The notes under the pieces are model-generated. The model had not been told where the DNA came from and ran no database searches. It worked only from the letters and a program-made list of their open reading frames with translations. Positions 18,327-26,341 of a DNA stretch of 28,641 nt are shown piece by piece. The stretch spans positions 1 to 28,641 of the forward strand of contig JBGSMD010000019.1 of the NCBI GenBank assembly GCA_041740355.1, read 5' to 3'. The position numbers and the translations under genes are program-made. This stretch comes from Bdellovibrionota bacterium. GTDB lineage: Bacteria > Bdellovibrionota_C > UBA2361 > CALJRW01. Every line of letters starts with the position of its first letter. Within the stretch, counting starts at the first letter, position 1.

Positions 18327-19007
18327 ATGCTTAAAAAATTACTATTTATAATACTTATCTTAACTTTTATTGCGGATTCTGTAATAGCTCAGTCAGATTC
18401 ATTAAAAGTATGTATCAAAAACTCTGACGGTAAGATTGTTTTAAAAAAGAAATGTGGGGGCAAATTTACCTCAGCAACCTTATCCTCAATCAATCAAGCA
18501 AATAGCGATCTGATTTCTGCCTTACAAAATAGTAATAGTTCTTTGGAGGCTAATGATCAAGTGTTAGCAGATTCAATTGAGGGTCGTTTTGATTCAATAC
18601 CATCTGGAAAATCTGTATACGGATATGTAGGAATGGATACCGAGATTAGTAATATTGGTGGAGATTATCGAGCCTTCTTTAGCTTACCAGTTCCACCAAA
18701 TCATATAGTTAACGATGAAGATGTTTTGATCGCTAATATTTTTCCATCAACTACTTGCGAAGGTGTTAATTGTTTATCTACGGATGAGACAAGTTTTAAT
18801 TCAGTTTGCACGGGAACGATTGATAATCCTACGGCACCAGCAGGTAAAGTTTGTATTTACATTTCGTCATTGTCAGATAGTACAATTGAGGCAGAAAGTG
18901 TCATTGCCATTCCTTTTGAGAATGGACGGGGTTTAGCTATAGGTGCGCGTCCTGCCGCCACTGGGGATTTTTATTTACGCGGAAGTTGGGCTTATACAGC
19001 ACCTTAA
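18327..19007 (+). CDS. Secreted hypothetical protein with Cys pairs
   Basis: In-frame ATG at 18327 gives a classical signal peptide (MLKKLLFIILILTFIADSVIA-Q), then a short coiled coil and C-terminal CTGTIDNPTAPAGKVCIY...GSWAYTAP. Confidence 0.75.
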   Translation: MLKKLLFIILILTFIADSVIAQSDSLKVCIKNSDGKIVLKKKCGGKFTSATLSSINQANSDLISALQNSNSSLEANDQVLADSIEGRFDSIPSGKSVYGYVGMDTEISNIGGDYRAFFSLPVPPNHIVNDEDVLIANIFPSTTCEGVNCLSTDETSFNSVCTGTIDNPTAPAGKVCIYISSLSDSTIEAESVIAIPFENGRGLAIGARPAATGDFYLRGSWAYTAP

Positions 19008-19031
19008 TTTAAACAAATAATCGCCAAATTT

Positions 19032-19060
19032 TTGACATTTATCTCAAGATAATTTAAAAC
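19032..19060 (+). promoter_or_regulatory. Putative sigma70 promoter for tRNA-Leu
   Basis: TTGACA-17 bp-TAAAAC, about 40 bp upstream of the tRNA. Confidence 0.45.
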
Positions 19061-19099
19061 CTTCACCTGATCTTTGATTAATCAAAGGTTTCCAACTGT

Positions 19100-19183
19100 G
19101 CGATAGTGGTGGAACTGGTAGACACACAGGACTTAAAATCCTGTGAGGGTAACCTCGTGCGGGTTCGATTCCCGCCTCTCGCA
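19100..19183 (+). tRNA. tRNA-Leu(UAA), CCA not encoded
   Basis: D-arm GTGGAACTGGTAGACAC, anticodon arm CAGGA-CTTAAAA-TCCTG, long variable arm GAGG-GTAA-CCTC, T-arm GCGGG-TTCGATT-CCCGC, discriminator A. Confidence 0.97.
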
Positions 19184-19267
19184 TTTCCTTTTATCTTTTA
19201 AAATCGATAAGATACAGTCCTTTTTGAAAAGGACTTAGGTTTTGAAGATTCCCAAAAACAGATTCTT

Positions 19268-19430
19268 GGCACACTCTCGGCACAATTCAGCACAAAAAAT
19301 CACCATCAGGCACAATTAATAGCAAACTTTCAAAGTTAAAAATCGATAGTTATTACTAACTAAAAATGACAAAAGTGCACCTTTAGTGTGCCGAGAGTGT
19401 GCCCAGAATGCACCATGCAAAATGGCACAC
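19268..19430. repeat. GGCACA motif array with a perfect 17-bp inverted repeat (19268-19284 / 19387-19403); candidate integrase arm-type sites
   Basis: ggcacactctcggcaca ... tgtgccgagagtgtgcc, with additional (g)gcaca copies near 19290, 19309 and 19424. Confidence 0.7.
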
Positions 19431-19546
19431 TGATATTCTTAATATTATTAATAGGTTAAGCTTTGAATACTTGGGATTGAATCTCCTATTGAAACATTTT
19501 TAGTCATATTGTAGGCTAATTTTGTCTTAAATGGAGGATTAAATGC

Positions 19547-20644
19547 ATGGCTTCAATTACCAAACGAACAAGGTCAGATGGATCGATTGTTTATCGTGCT
19601 CAGGTAAGACTTAAAGGGCAGGAGCCACAGTCTTTAACTTTCGAAAGAAGAACTGATGCGGTTAAGTGGATTCAAAAGACTGAAACTGAATTAAGAGAAA
19701 ATAGATTTTTTGGAACTAAGGAAGGTAAGAGAAAAACTGTTAGTGAAGCTATTGAGCGTTACATTGAGGATCCAAACATAGTATCTCAAAAGAACTATGA
19801 AAATAAAAAAGCAATTCTTAGATGGTGGGGGAATGAAATCGGACATAGATTTATTGCTGATATTAGTCCTGCGCTAATTACCGAAAAAAGGGATCGTTTA
19901 GCCAAGGCTAAAAAGAAAATTAATAAACGCCTTCAAGCTAAGACAAAAGAGATTATTGAACCAGAAACCTTTAGTAAAGCTAGAGTTAACAGATACCTTG
20001 CAACCATATCTCATTTATTTACAATTGCTTTAAAGGAATGGGGTTGGATTGAATTTAATCCTGTTAAGAATGTTTCTAAACTTAAAGAACCTAGGGGAAG
20101 AGTAAGATATTTAACAGCTGATGAAAAAGTGCGACTTCTAAAAGCTTGTACAGAATCAGCCAGCCCATATTTAAGTCTGATTGTAAGAATTGCATTATCA
20201 ACAGGCATGAGGAAGGGTGAAATATTAGGCTTAACTTGGCAAGATGTTGACCTTATAACTGGAAGACTTCTAATTCGTGAATCTAAAAACGGGGAACAAA
20301 GATCAATTAGAATAATGCCCGATGTTCATAGCTTACTTTTGGAACATTCTAAGTTAAGAAATATTAACTCCAACTTTGTTTTTCCTTCTCAAGATCAGCA
20401 TAAGCCAGCTAGTATTAAAACAGCTTGGGAAAATGCTCTTAAGTCTGCAAAAATTGAAGATTTTAGATTTCACGATTTACGACACACGACAGCTTCATAT
20501 TTACTAATGAGTGGATCTTCCATTGCTGAGATCGCAGAAGTCCTAGGGCATAAGACTCTAGCTATGGTTAAGAGGTATAGTCACATGTCAGAGGGGCATG
20601 CTGATAATGCACTGATGCGAATGCATGAGAGGTTTTTGAGTTAA
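19547..20644 (+). CDS. Tyrosine recombinase / phage-type integrase
   Basis: Catalytic set STGMRKGE (R), SKNG (K), HDLRH, LGH, VKRY (Y); N-terminal arm-binding-like region. Confidence 0.96.
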   Translation: MASITKRTRSDGSIVYRAQVRLKGQEPQSLTFERRTDAVKWIQKTETELRENRFFGTKEGKRKTVSEAIERYIEDPNIVSQKNYENKKAILRWWGNEIGHRFIADISPALITEKRDRLAKAKKKINKRLQAKTKEIIEPETFSKARVNRYLATISHLFTIALKEWGWIEFNPVKNVSKLKEPRGRVRYLTADEKVRLLKACTESASPYLSLIVRIALSTGMRKGEILGLTWQDVDLITGRLLIRESKNGEQRSIRIMPDVHSLLLEHSKLRNINSNFVFPSQDQHKPASIKTAWENALKSAKIEDFRFHDLRHTTASYLLMSGSSIAEIAEVLGHKTLAMVKRYSHMSEGHADNALMRMHERFLS

Positions 20645-20916
20645 TTTATGGTTCTTTTATAGAATTTTAGATAATGTAGATTGTCAGATTAGTTGTCACT
20701 GGTAAGCAGTTGAAAAAAAGTGAGATTGGTACAACTAAGGTTAATAATTTACAAAATTATTTAGTCCTTTGTACTCCCTAAATTTTTATAAATTTTATCT
20801 TAAATTGGTAGTAAGAGATTTTGTTTCTTAAGTATTTACAAATTTCTAATAAATGAAGGTCTGCCCTGCGTGAATAGAGCCAGTTAAAATGATAGACTAT
20901 TTTAACTGGAGGACCT

Positions 20917-21180
20917 ATGAAAAAGCGATATACAGAAGAACAAATTGTAAAAATCCTACAAGAAGTGGAAGAAGGAAGCAGTGTTAGAGACACCTGCCGG
21001 AAGCATAATGTAGCCGAGCCAACCTTTTACCGCTGGCGCCAAGTCTACGGAGGGATGGAAGTGAGTGATGTTCGGGAATTAAAAAACCTGAAACTAGAAA
21101 ACGCCAGACTAAAAAGGATAGTAGCAGAACAAGCATTGGAAAATACGATTCTAAAAGATCTTAACTCAAAAAAGTGGTAA
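20917..21180 (+). CDS. IS3-family transposase OrfA (HTH + leucine zipper)
   Basis: MKKRYTEEQI...TFYRWRQVYGGME...LENARLKR...KKW. Confidence 0.95.
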   Translation: MKKRYTEEQIVKILQEVEEGSSVRDTCRKHNVAEPTFYRWRQVYGGMEVSDVRELKNLKLENARLKRIVAEQALENTILKDLNSKKW

Positions 21181-21202
21181 GCCTGCCTGAAAGAAAGCAG
21201 GC
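21168..21202 (+). promoter_or_regulatory. Programmed -1 ribosomal frameshift signal
   Basis: Slippery AAAAAAG (21168-21174), then 6 nt later a gcctgc...gcaggc hairpin; orfB is in the -1 frame. Confidence 0.85.
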
Positions 21203-22010
21203 GGCTAAATATGTTGTTAATAACTTTTCAGTATCGACTAGGTTTACTTGCAAGTTACTGAAGCTGAGAAGAAATACTTTTAGCTATAAATCAAATGTTG
21301 ATAAATCCGAAGTAATTAATCAGGTTTGTGAATTATCTTATAAATATCCTCGCTGGGGATATCGTAAGATAACTGAACGCTTAAAGATTTTAGGAGTTAA
21401 AGTTTGCAACGAAACTGTTCGTTCCATTAGAAAACAATCTGGCTTACAAGTTAAGCGAAAACAGCATAGGAGAAGGGTTTCAAGAAGCAAGCCAACGCTG
21501 AGACAAGCAGAGTATGTTAATCATGTCTGGAGTTGGGACTTTATGTTTGATGCTACGTTTAATGGCAGAAAGCTCAAAGTCTTAAACATCATAGATGAAT
21601 ACAGTAAGGAACTTTTAGTTAGCTATGTTGCTAGGAATATTACTGCAAGGGATCTGTATAAAGTTTTGCAAAAGTTATTTGCAGAACGTGGATATCCAAC
21701 TCATATCAGATCAGACAACGGATCTGAATTTGTGGCTAAACATATTCAAGAACAACTTACTAAGGCAAAAGTAAATATTATTTACATTCAGCCAGGCAGT
21801 CCTTGGCAGAATCCGTTCATTGAATCTTTTAATTCAATACTAAGGGATAATATTTTAAATCGATATTTGTTTCTGACACCAAAGGAAGCACAATCGATAA
21901 TTAATAATTTCAAGACAGAGTATAATACTGAGCGTCCGCATGGAACACTTGGTGGGATTACTCCACAAATGTTTGTGGAGAAGTGCCTACAGAAAAAACT
22001 TTGTGCTTGA
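21174..22010 (+). CDS. IS3-family transposase OrfB (DDE/rve)
   Basis: PRWGYRK, WSWDF (D), SDNGSEF (D), IESFN (E), YNTERPH. Confidence 0.96.
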   Translation: MVSLPERKQAAKYVVNNFSVSTRFTCKLLKLRRNTFSYKSNVDKSEVINQVCELSYKYPRWGYRKITERLKILGVKVCNETVRSIRKQSGLQVKRKQHRRRVSRSKPTLRQAEYVNHVWSWDFMFDATFNGRKLKVLNIIDEYSKELLVSYVARNITARDLYKVLQKLFAERGYPTHIRSDNGSEFVAKHIQEQLTKAKVNIIYIQPGSPWQNPFIESFNSILRDNILNRYLFLTPKEAQSIINNFKTEYNTERPHGTLGGITPQMFVEKCLQKKLCA

Positions 22011-22083
22011 ATATGGAGAAAAACTATGACAATCTATCTTTAACACTGGCTCTAAAATGCGCGGCTACGCCATGAGTTTTAAC

Positions 22084-22100
22084 TGCGACATTTGGTCGCA
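22084..22100. promoter_or_regulatory. Palindromic operator candidate TGCGAC-N5-GTCGCA
   Basis: Perfect 6-5-6 dyad directly followed by TTGACT, upstream of the 22164 operon. Confidence 0.45.
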
Positions 22101-22163
22101 TTGACTCTCTATGGCTATTAATGGATAAGAGCACCATTGATTTATGTTATATGTTGTTAAATT

Positions 22164-22724
22164 ATGTTATGTCATAAAAGTCCCACTCCTGATAGTAGTC
22201 AGCCAAAAGAGGGAAGTGAGTTAACTGAAGCATCCCTTCCTAGTAAAAAAAATCTTTTTAGATCTATTGCCCTAGCAGGGGGGTTAGCGATAGCACCTCA
22301 TACGCTTTGTATTCTTGGGGTAACTGGCGTTCTAAGTAGTGTCGTGGGTTATAAGATTTGTAGCGATCATAGTTCTACGGACTTTGATATTCCTCTAAAG
22401 AAATTACCAAAATTACCAGAGGATTTTAATGAGTTTCCAACGGCTAAATCTGAATTGGTTGGTAAGCTTTTGTTGCAAGTTGAGCCAAAGTTTCAAGATG
22501 TCATTGATTTTAAACAAGCAGAGTCAAAAGATGAACCAATAAAAATTGTATTTTTAGAGGACAAAATAGATGGAAAAGTTTCTGTTGTCTTTTGTAAAAA
22601 TGGGGGATTATGTCCATGTTCAAAGCCAGAATTATACGAAATAGGATTTAAGGATCGACGCTCAGAAACAGAAAGTTTTAAAGGTCAGAATAAAATTCTT
22701 AGTGAATTATATAAAGTCAATTAA
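22164..22724 (+). CDS. Hypothetical membrane-anchored Cys/His-containing protein
   Basis: Hydrophobic segment containing PHTLC, then ICSDH and FCKNGGLCPC. Confidence 0.7.
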   Translation: MLCHKSPTPDSSQPKEGSELTEASLPSKKNLFRSIALAGGLAIAPHTLCILGVTGVLSSVVGYKICSDHSSTDFDIPLKKLPKLPEDFNEFPTAKSELVGKLLLQVEPKFQDVIDFKQAESKDEPIKIVFLEDKIDGKVSVVFCKNGGLCPCSKPELYEIGFKDRRSETESFKGQNKILSELYKVN

Positions 22725-22754
22725 AATAGATTATTTAAATTAAATAGAGGTCTT

Positions 22755-23405
22755 ATGTGCATTTTTCATGAAGCGTTATCTGTTGATACAGAGCAAGGAT
22801 TCTATATTGCGCCAGTTGTTGTAGCTTTAAGCGGCCTACAAAAAGGTTCAACTTTATTTAATGAATTATCACAAGTGGAGCGGATCTTATCCTCAAATGA
22901 AATCGGGGCTGGGGCAAATTTATTATTACAAGTGGCAAAAGATCCATATCGATACTTAGGTAAGATCCTTTCCTTTGAAGCGGAACGTGGTAATGGAGAT
23001 CAAGCCGTAAATGCAATATTAGAAGAGTTGGCCAGATCGGATGATAGACAAAGATTTTTTGATGCTGTTGCACCATCTGAGCGAACACTTAAAATTGCTA
23101 AAGCTGAATCTGTTGATGTTGCATTAGCTGAAGTCGCAATTGCTGGACATTCAAGTCGCCCTGCATTTTTAGAATGGTTTCGAGAGAATCCTTCAGGTTT
23201 AGAAGCACCTAAAGCAATTCAAGTTTTAGATCGAGTATCTCAAGACGTTTTAGTCGCCTTGTCAAAGAAAATTGAAGTTATTAGTTGTTGCCCAGAGATA
23301 TCTCCAGGAAGATCTGGACTAACTGGCTCGTTTGCTATTCCTAAGATTCCAACTTTACCAATTCCTGTTAAGGGGGATCCAAAGCCAGGATGCTGTCATC
23401 CTTAA
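22755..23405 (+). CDS. Hypothetical protein with CC motifs
   Basis: AGAGG RBS; starts MCIFH; SCCPE and C-terminal PGCCHP. Confidence 0.75.
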   Translation: MCIFHEALSVDTEQGFYIAPVVVALSGLQKGSTLFNELSQVERILSSNEIGAGANLLLQVAKDPYRYLGKILSFEAERGNGDQAVNAILEELARSDDRQRFFDAVAPSERTLKIAKAESVDVALAEVAIAGHSSRPAFLEWFRENPSGLEAPKAIQVLDRVSQDVLVALSKKIEVISCCPEISPGRSGLTGSFAIPKIPTLPIPVKGDPKPGCCHP

Positions 23406-23417
23406 GCAGATAAGTTA

Positions 23418-24935
23418 ATGATGATCAAGCAAGATATAACCAGTGAAACAGGTGACTGTTGTGGAGTCTGTGGATGTAAAGATGCTGTTAAAGTAACTGC
23501 TCGAATACATAAGGATATTGAAAAGTTTTTATCTGATCCGGAGAGAATCTTTTCATTGGTAGATGCTTATGGTTCACCTCTAAATATACTTTTCCCAGAT
23601 TTAGTTTTAGAAAATCTATCTTCCTTTCGAAAGGTTTTATTAGAGAATAGAATAAATGGAGAAATCTTATTTACAACTAAAGCTAATCGATCAAATGCAA
23701 TTCTTGATTTACTTGCAAATAATGTTGTAACAGTTGATGTCTCTTCTCTCGGCTCTTTAAATTCAGCACTTGTTGCTGGTATTCCTGGAAGTAGGATACA
23801 AGTCTCTGGCCCAAAAAATATAGATTACTTAGGCAAGTCCTTACTTCATGGTTGTACAATTAGTATAGATAGTATTGAAGAGTTTGAGTTGTTACTTAAT
23901 TTAAGGGAATCCATACCAGATCTAGTTCCTACTCCAATATTATTTCGTCTGGCTGGATTCAATCAAAGTCAAAAACGAATAAATCGTAAAATTGAAGTTT
24001 TTGGAATTAATCTAGAATCTATTCCTGATTTATTACAAAAGTTAGTTTCCCTACAAGATAGTTTCATTTTTAAAGGTTTTTCTTTTCATATTAGTAATCC
24101 ATCTTTAAATGAAAGATTACAGGCAATTGAGAAGACTTTGAGAGTTTTTATGCAAGCTCGAAATATGGGTTTAGCTCCAACATCAATTAATATTGGTGGC
24201 GGATTTAGAATATCCTATGCGGAAAATCAAGAAGAGTGGAATCGATTTGAGACCTATCTTAAGTCATCTTTAATGGGTGATACTAAACCAGTGACTTGGA
24301 ATGGAACTGGACTTGGATATCAATTGTCAGAGAAGGGAATTGTTGGCTCTCCTTCATATCTTAATCATTATTTAGAAATTTCTGGAGCGAAGGAATTACA
24401 ATATTTACTAAATTGTCCGCTTCCAAATTTTGACAATTCAACTGTTGGAGAAATATTTAGCGATGCTTTGATTAAGTTAGAAGTTGAGCCTGGTAAAGCA
24501 ATTCTTGACCAAGCTGGAGTCACTCTTGCTCGAGTTACCTTTTGTAAGCAAACACCAAATAAAGAGTTGGTAGTTGGTTTAGAAATGAATAATTCAAATC
24601 TTTGTAGCAATGAGCAAAAGCTATTAACCCAGCCATTATTTTTCCCTCTTCAGCAGAGAACATTAGATCCACGAGGGATGTTTTTAGTTGGTAATCTCTG
24701 TATTCCAAATGATGTAATTCAGTATCAAAAAGTATATCCTGGATTTTATCCAAGTATTGGTGACTTGGTATTATTTATTAATACTGGTGCATACTTAATG
24801 GATTTTGTTGAATCTGCTATGTTACATCAACCGATAGCAAGGAAAGTTGCTGTCACAGAATTAAACAATAAATGGATTGCGGTTCTTGACGATGAGTATT
24901 CTGCAATACGCAATCAATTATCTAAAATAAAATGA
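23418..24935 (+). CDS. Y4yA-like fold-type III PLP-dependent enzyme (diaminopimelate/ornithine decarboxylase superfamily)
   Basis: YGSPLNIL, TKANRS (PLP Lys), DVSS, SGPK, FH, NIGGG, EPGKAILDQAG, GNLC, NTGAYLMDF. Confidence 0.85.
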   Translation: MMIKQDITSETGDCCGVCGCKDAVKVTARIHKDIEKFLSDPERIFSLVDAYGSPLNILFPDLVLENLSSFRKVLLENRINGEILFTTKANRSNAILDLLANNVVTVDVSSLGSLNSALVAGIPGSRIQVSGPKNIDYLGKSLLHGCTISIDSIEEFELLLNLRESIPDLVPTPILFRLAGFNQSQKRINRKIEVFGINLESIPDLLQKLVSLQDSFIFKGFSFHISNPSLNERLQAIEKTLRVFMQARNMGLAPTSINIGGGFRISYAENQEEWNRFETYLKSSLMGDTKPVTWNGTGLGYQLSEKGIVGSPSYLNHYLEISGAKELQYLLNCPLPNFDNSTVGEIFSDALIKLEVEPGKAILDQAGVTLARVTFCKQTPNKELVVGLEMNNSNLCSNEQKLLTQPLFFPLQQRTLDPRGMFLVGNLCIPNDVIQYQKVYPGFYPSIGDLVLFINTGAYLMDFVESAMLHQPIARKVAVTELNNKWIAVLDDEYSAIRNQLSKIK

Positions 24936-26260
24936 TTATTGAGAAGATTACTGATTTAATTGGAAATACTCCGCTTTTTCGTATTCCAGATGAAGTACAT
25001 GGATTAAAGAATGTTAATCTTTTTGCGAAGCTAGAAATGTGTAATCCCTTTGGATCTGTTAAAGATCGGATTGCATGGAAATTGCTTGAAGAGCAAATAC
25101 CAGAACTTGTTTCAAATCAAAAAGGTTTAATAGAAAACTCTAGTGGTAATACGGCTAAGGCCATTGCTGCGATTGCTGGCATGCACAAACTCCCATTTAA
25201 ACTTGTAAGTGCTCTAGTACGAGTTCAAGAAACTAAAGATATTCTTAAGCTATTGGGAGTTGAATTAGAGGAAGTTGCTGGTTCTCTTAATTGTTTTGAT
25301 CCAAAGGATCCTAATGACCCCCAATATCTAATTCAAAAACAAGTCATAGAGGCAAAGGGAAAATTGTACTTTACTTCTCAGTTTACTAATGCTCAGAATC
25401 CTGAAGTGCATTATGAAACTACAGGAGCTGAAATTGCTAAAGATTTAAAGAAAGTTGATTTTTTATGTTCTGGACTAGGAACTTCGGGATCGACATTAGG
25501 AATTGCCAGAAGATTGCGAGAAGATAATCCTGACTTATTCTGTCTTGGTATTACTGCGAGTAAAAATGATTTTATTCCTGGCATTCGAACTATTGATCAG
25601 ATTTGGGAAGCAGGATTTTTTAGTAAGAGTGAGTACAGTGATTTTTGCACAGTAGAGTCTCGAGAAGCACTTTCCGGAATGATGACGTTGGTTCGTAATT
25701 GTGGATTATTATGTGGACCGTCTTCAGGTGCACATTATACTGCTACAGTTAATTATCTTCGAGAAAAATCTATAAATTTTAATGAGCCAAAAAATGTGGT
25801 TTTTATTGTCTGCGATCGTATTGAATGGTATCTTTCTTATATCAAAGAGCGAATGCCTGAGTTATTCGCAGAAAAAGTTAATAAAAATTCAATCTTCACT
25901 CTATTCCCTGAAGAAATAAATTCAGCTCCTCAATTATCTGTGGAACAAGTGGAACAGTTCTTAGAGGATTCTAATCCCTTGATTGTTGATATCAGAAATT
26001 CATTTGCTTTCCAGTTAGGAACAATTTATGGAGCAATTAATATTCCAATTGAATATCTAGAAAAATTACTGGATCTTAAAAGTCCGTTCTCTGGGTACGA
26101 TCGAGATGTCATTTTTATTTGTCCGATAGGAGAACAATCAAAAAGATGTGCTGCTCAACTTACAAGAATGGGAGGAAGAGGGTATAGTTTATTAGGTGGA
26201 TTACAAAATTGGAGAACAGCTGGTAAACCAATCTCAACTCAGCAAGAGCAGTATTTTTAG
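24932..26260 (+). CDS. PLP-dependent cysteine-synthase-family enzyme fused to a C-terminal rhodanese domain
   Basis: IGNTPL, KLEMCNPFGSVKDR, SSGNT, GLGTSGS, GPSSGA; rhodanese IVDIR...GAINIP...ICPIGEQS...LLGGLQNW; ATGA overlap with the previous gene. Confidence 0.9.
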   Translation: MIIEKITDLIGNTPLFRIPDEVHGLKNVNLFAKLEMCNPFGSVKDRIAWKLLEEQIPELVSNQKGLIENSSGNTAKAIAAIAGMHKLPFKLVSALVRVQETKDILKLLGVELEEVAGSLNCFDPKDPNDPQYLIQKQVIEAKGKLYFTSQFTNAQNPEVHYETTGAEIAKDLKKVDFLCSGLGTSGSTLGIARRLREDNPDLFCLGITASKNDFIPGIRTIDQIWEAGFFSKSEYSDFCTVESREALSGMMTLVRNCGLLCGPSSGAHYTATVNYLREKSINFNEPKNVVFIVCDRIEWYLSYIKERMPELFAEKVNKNSIFTLFPEEINSAPQLSVEQVEQFLEDSNPLIVDIRNSFAFQLGTIYGAINIPIEYLEKLLDLKSPFSGYDRDVIFICPIGEQSKRCAAQLTRMGGRGYSLLGGLQNWRTAGKPISTQQEQYF

Positions 26261-26341
26261 ATTCTAGTGTTTCGAATTAATCTGACAAGCCAAATCTGAT
26301 ATTTAGTAGTCACAAATTGATCCGATTAAGTTGTTAATTTT

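Larger units (their letters stand above)
20857..22072 (+). mobile_element. IS3-family insertion sequence (IS407-like group), 1216 bp
   Basis: Imperfect terminal IRs sharing tagagccagt...gataga; flanking 3-bp TGA duplication (20854-20856, 22073-22075); orfA/orfB. Confidence 0.9.

Noticed and set aside
26261-26341. attR / island right boundary
   Set aside because: No copy of the tRNA-Leu 3' end or GGCACA array here.
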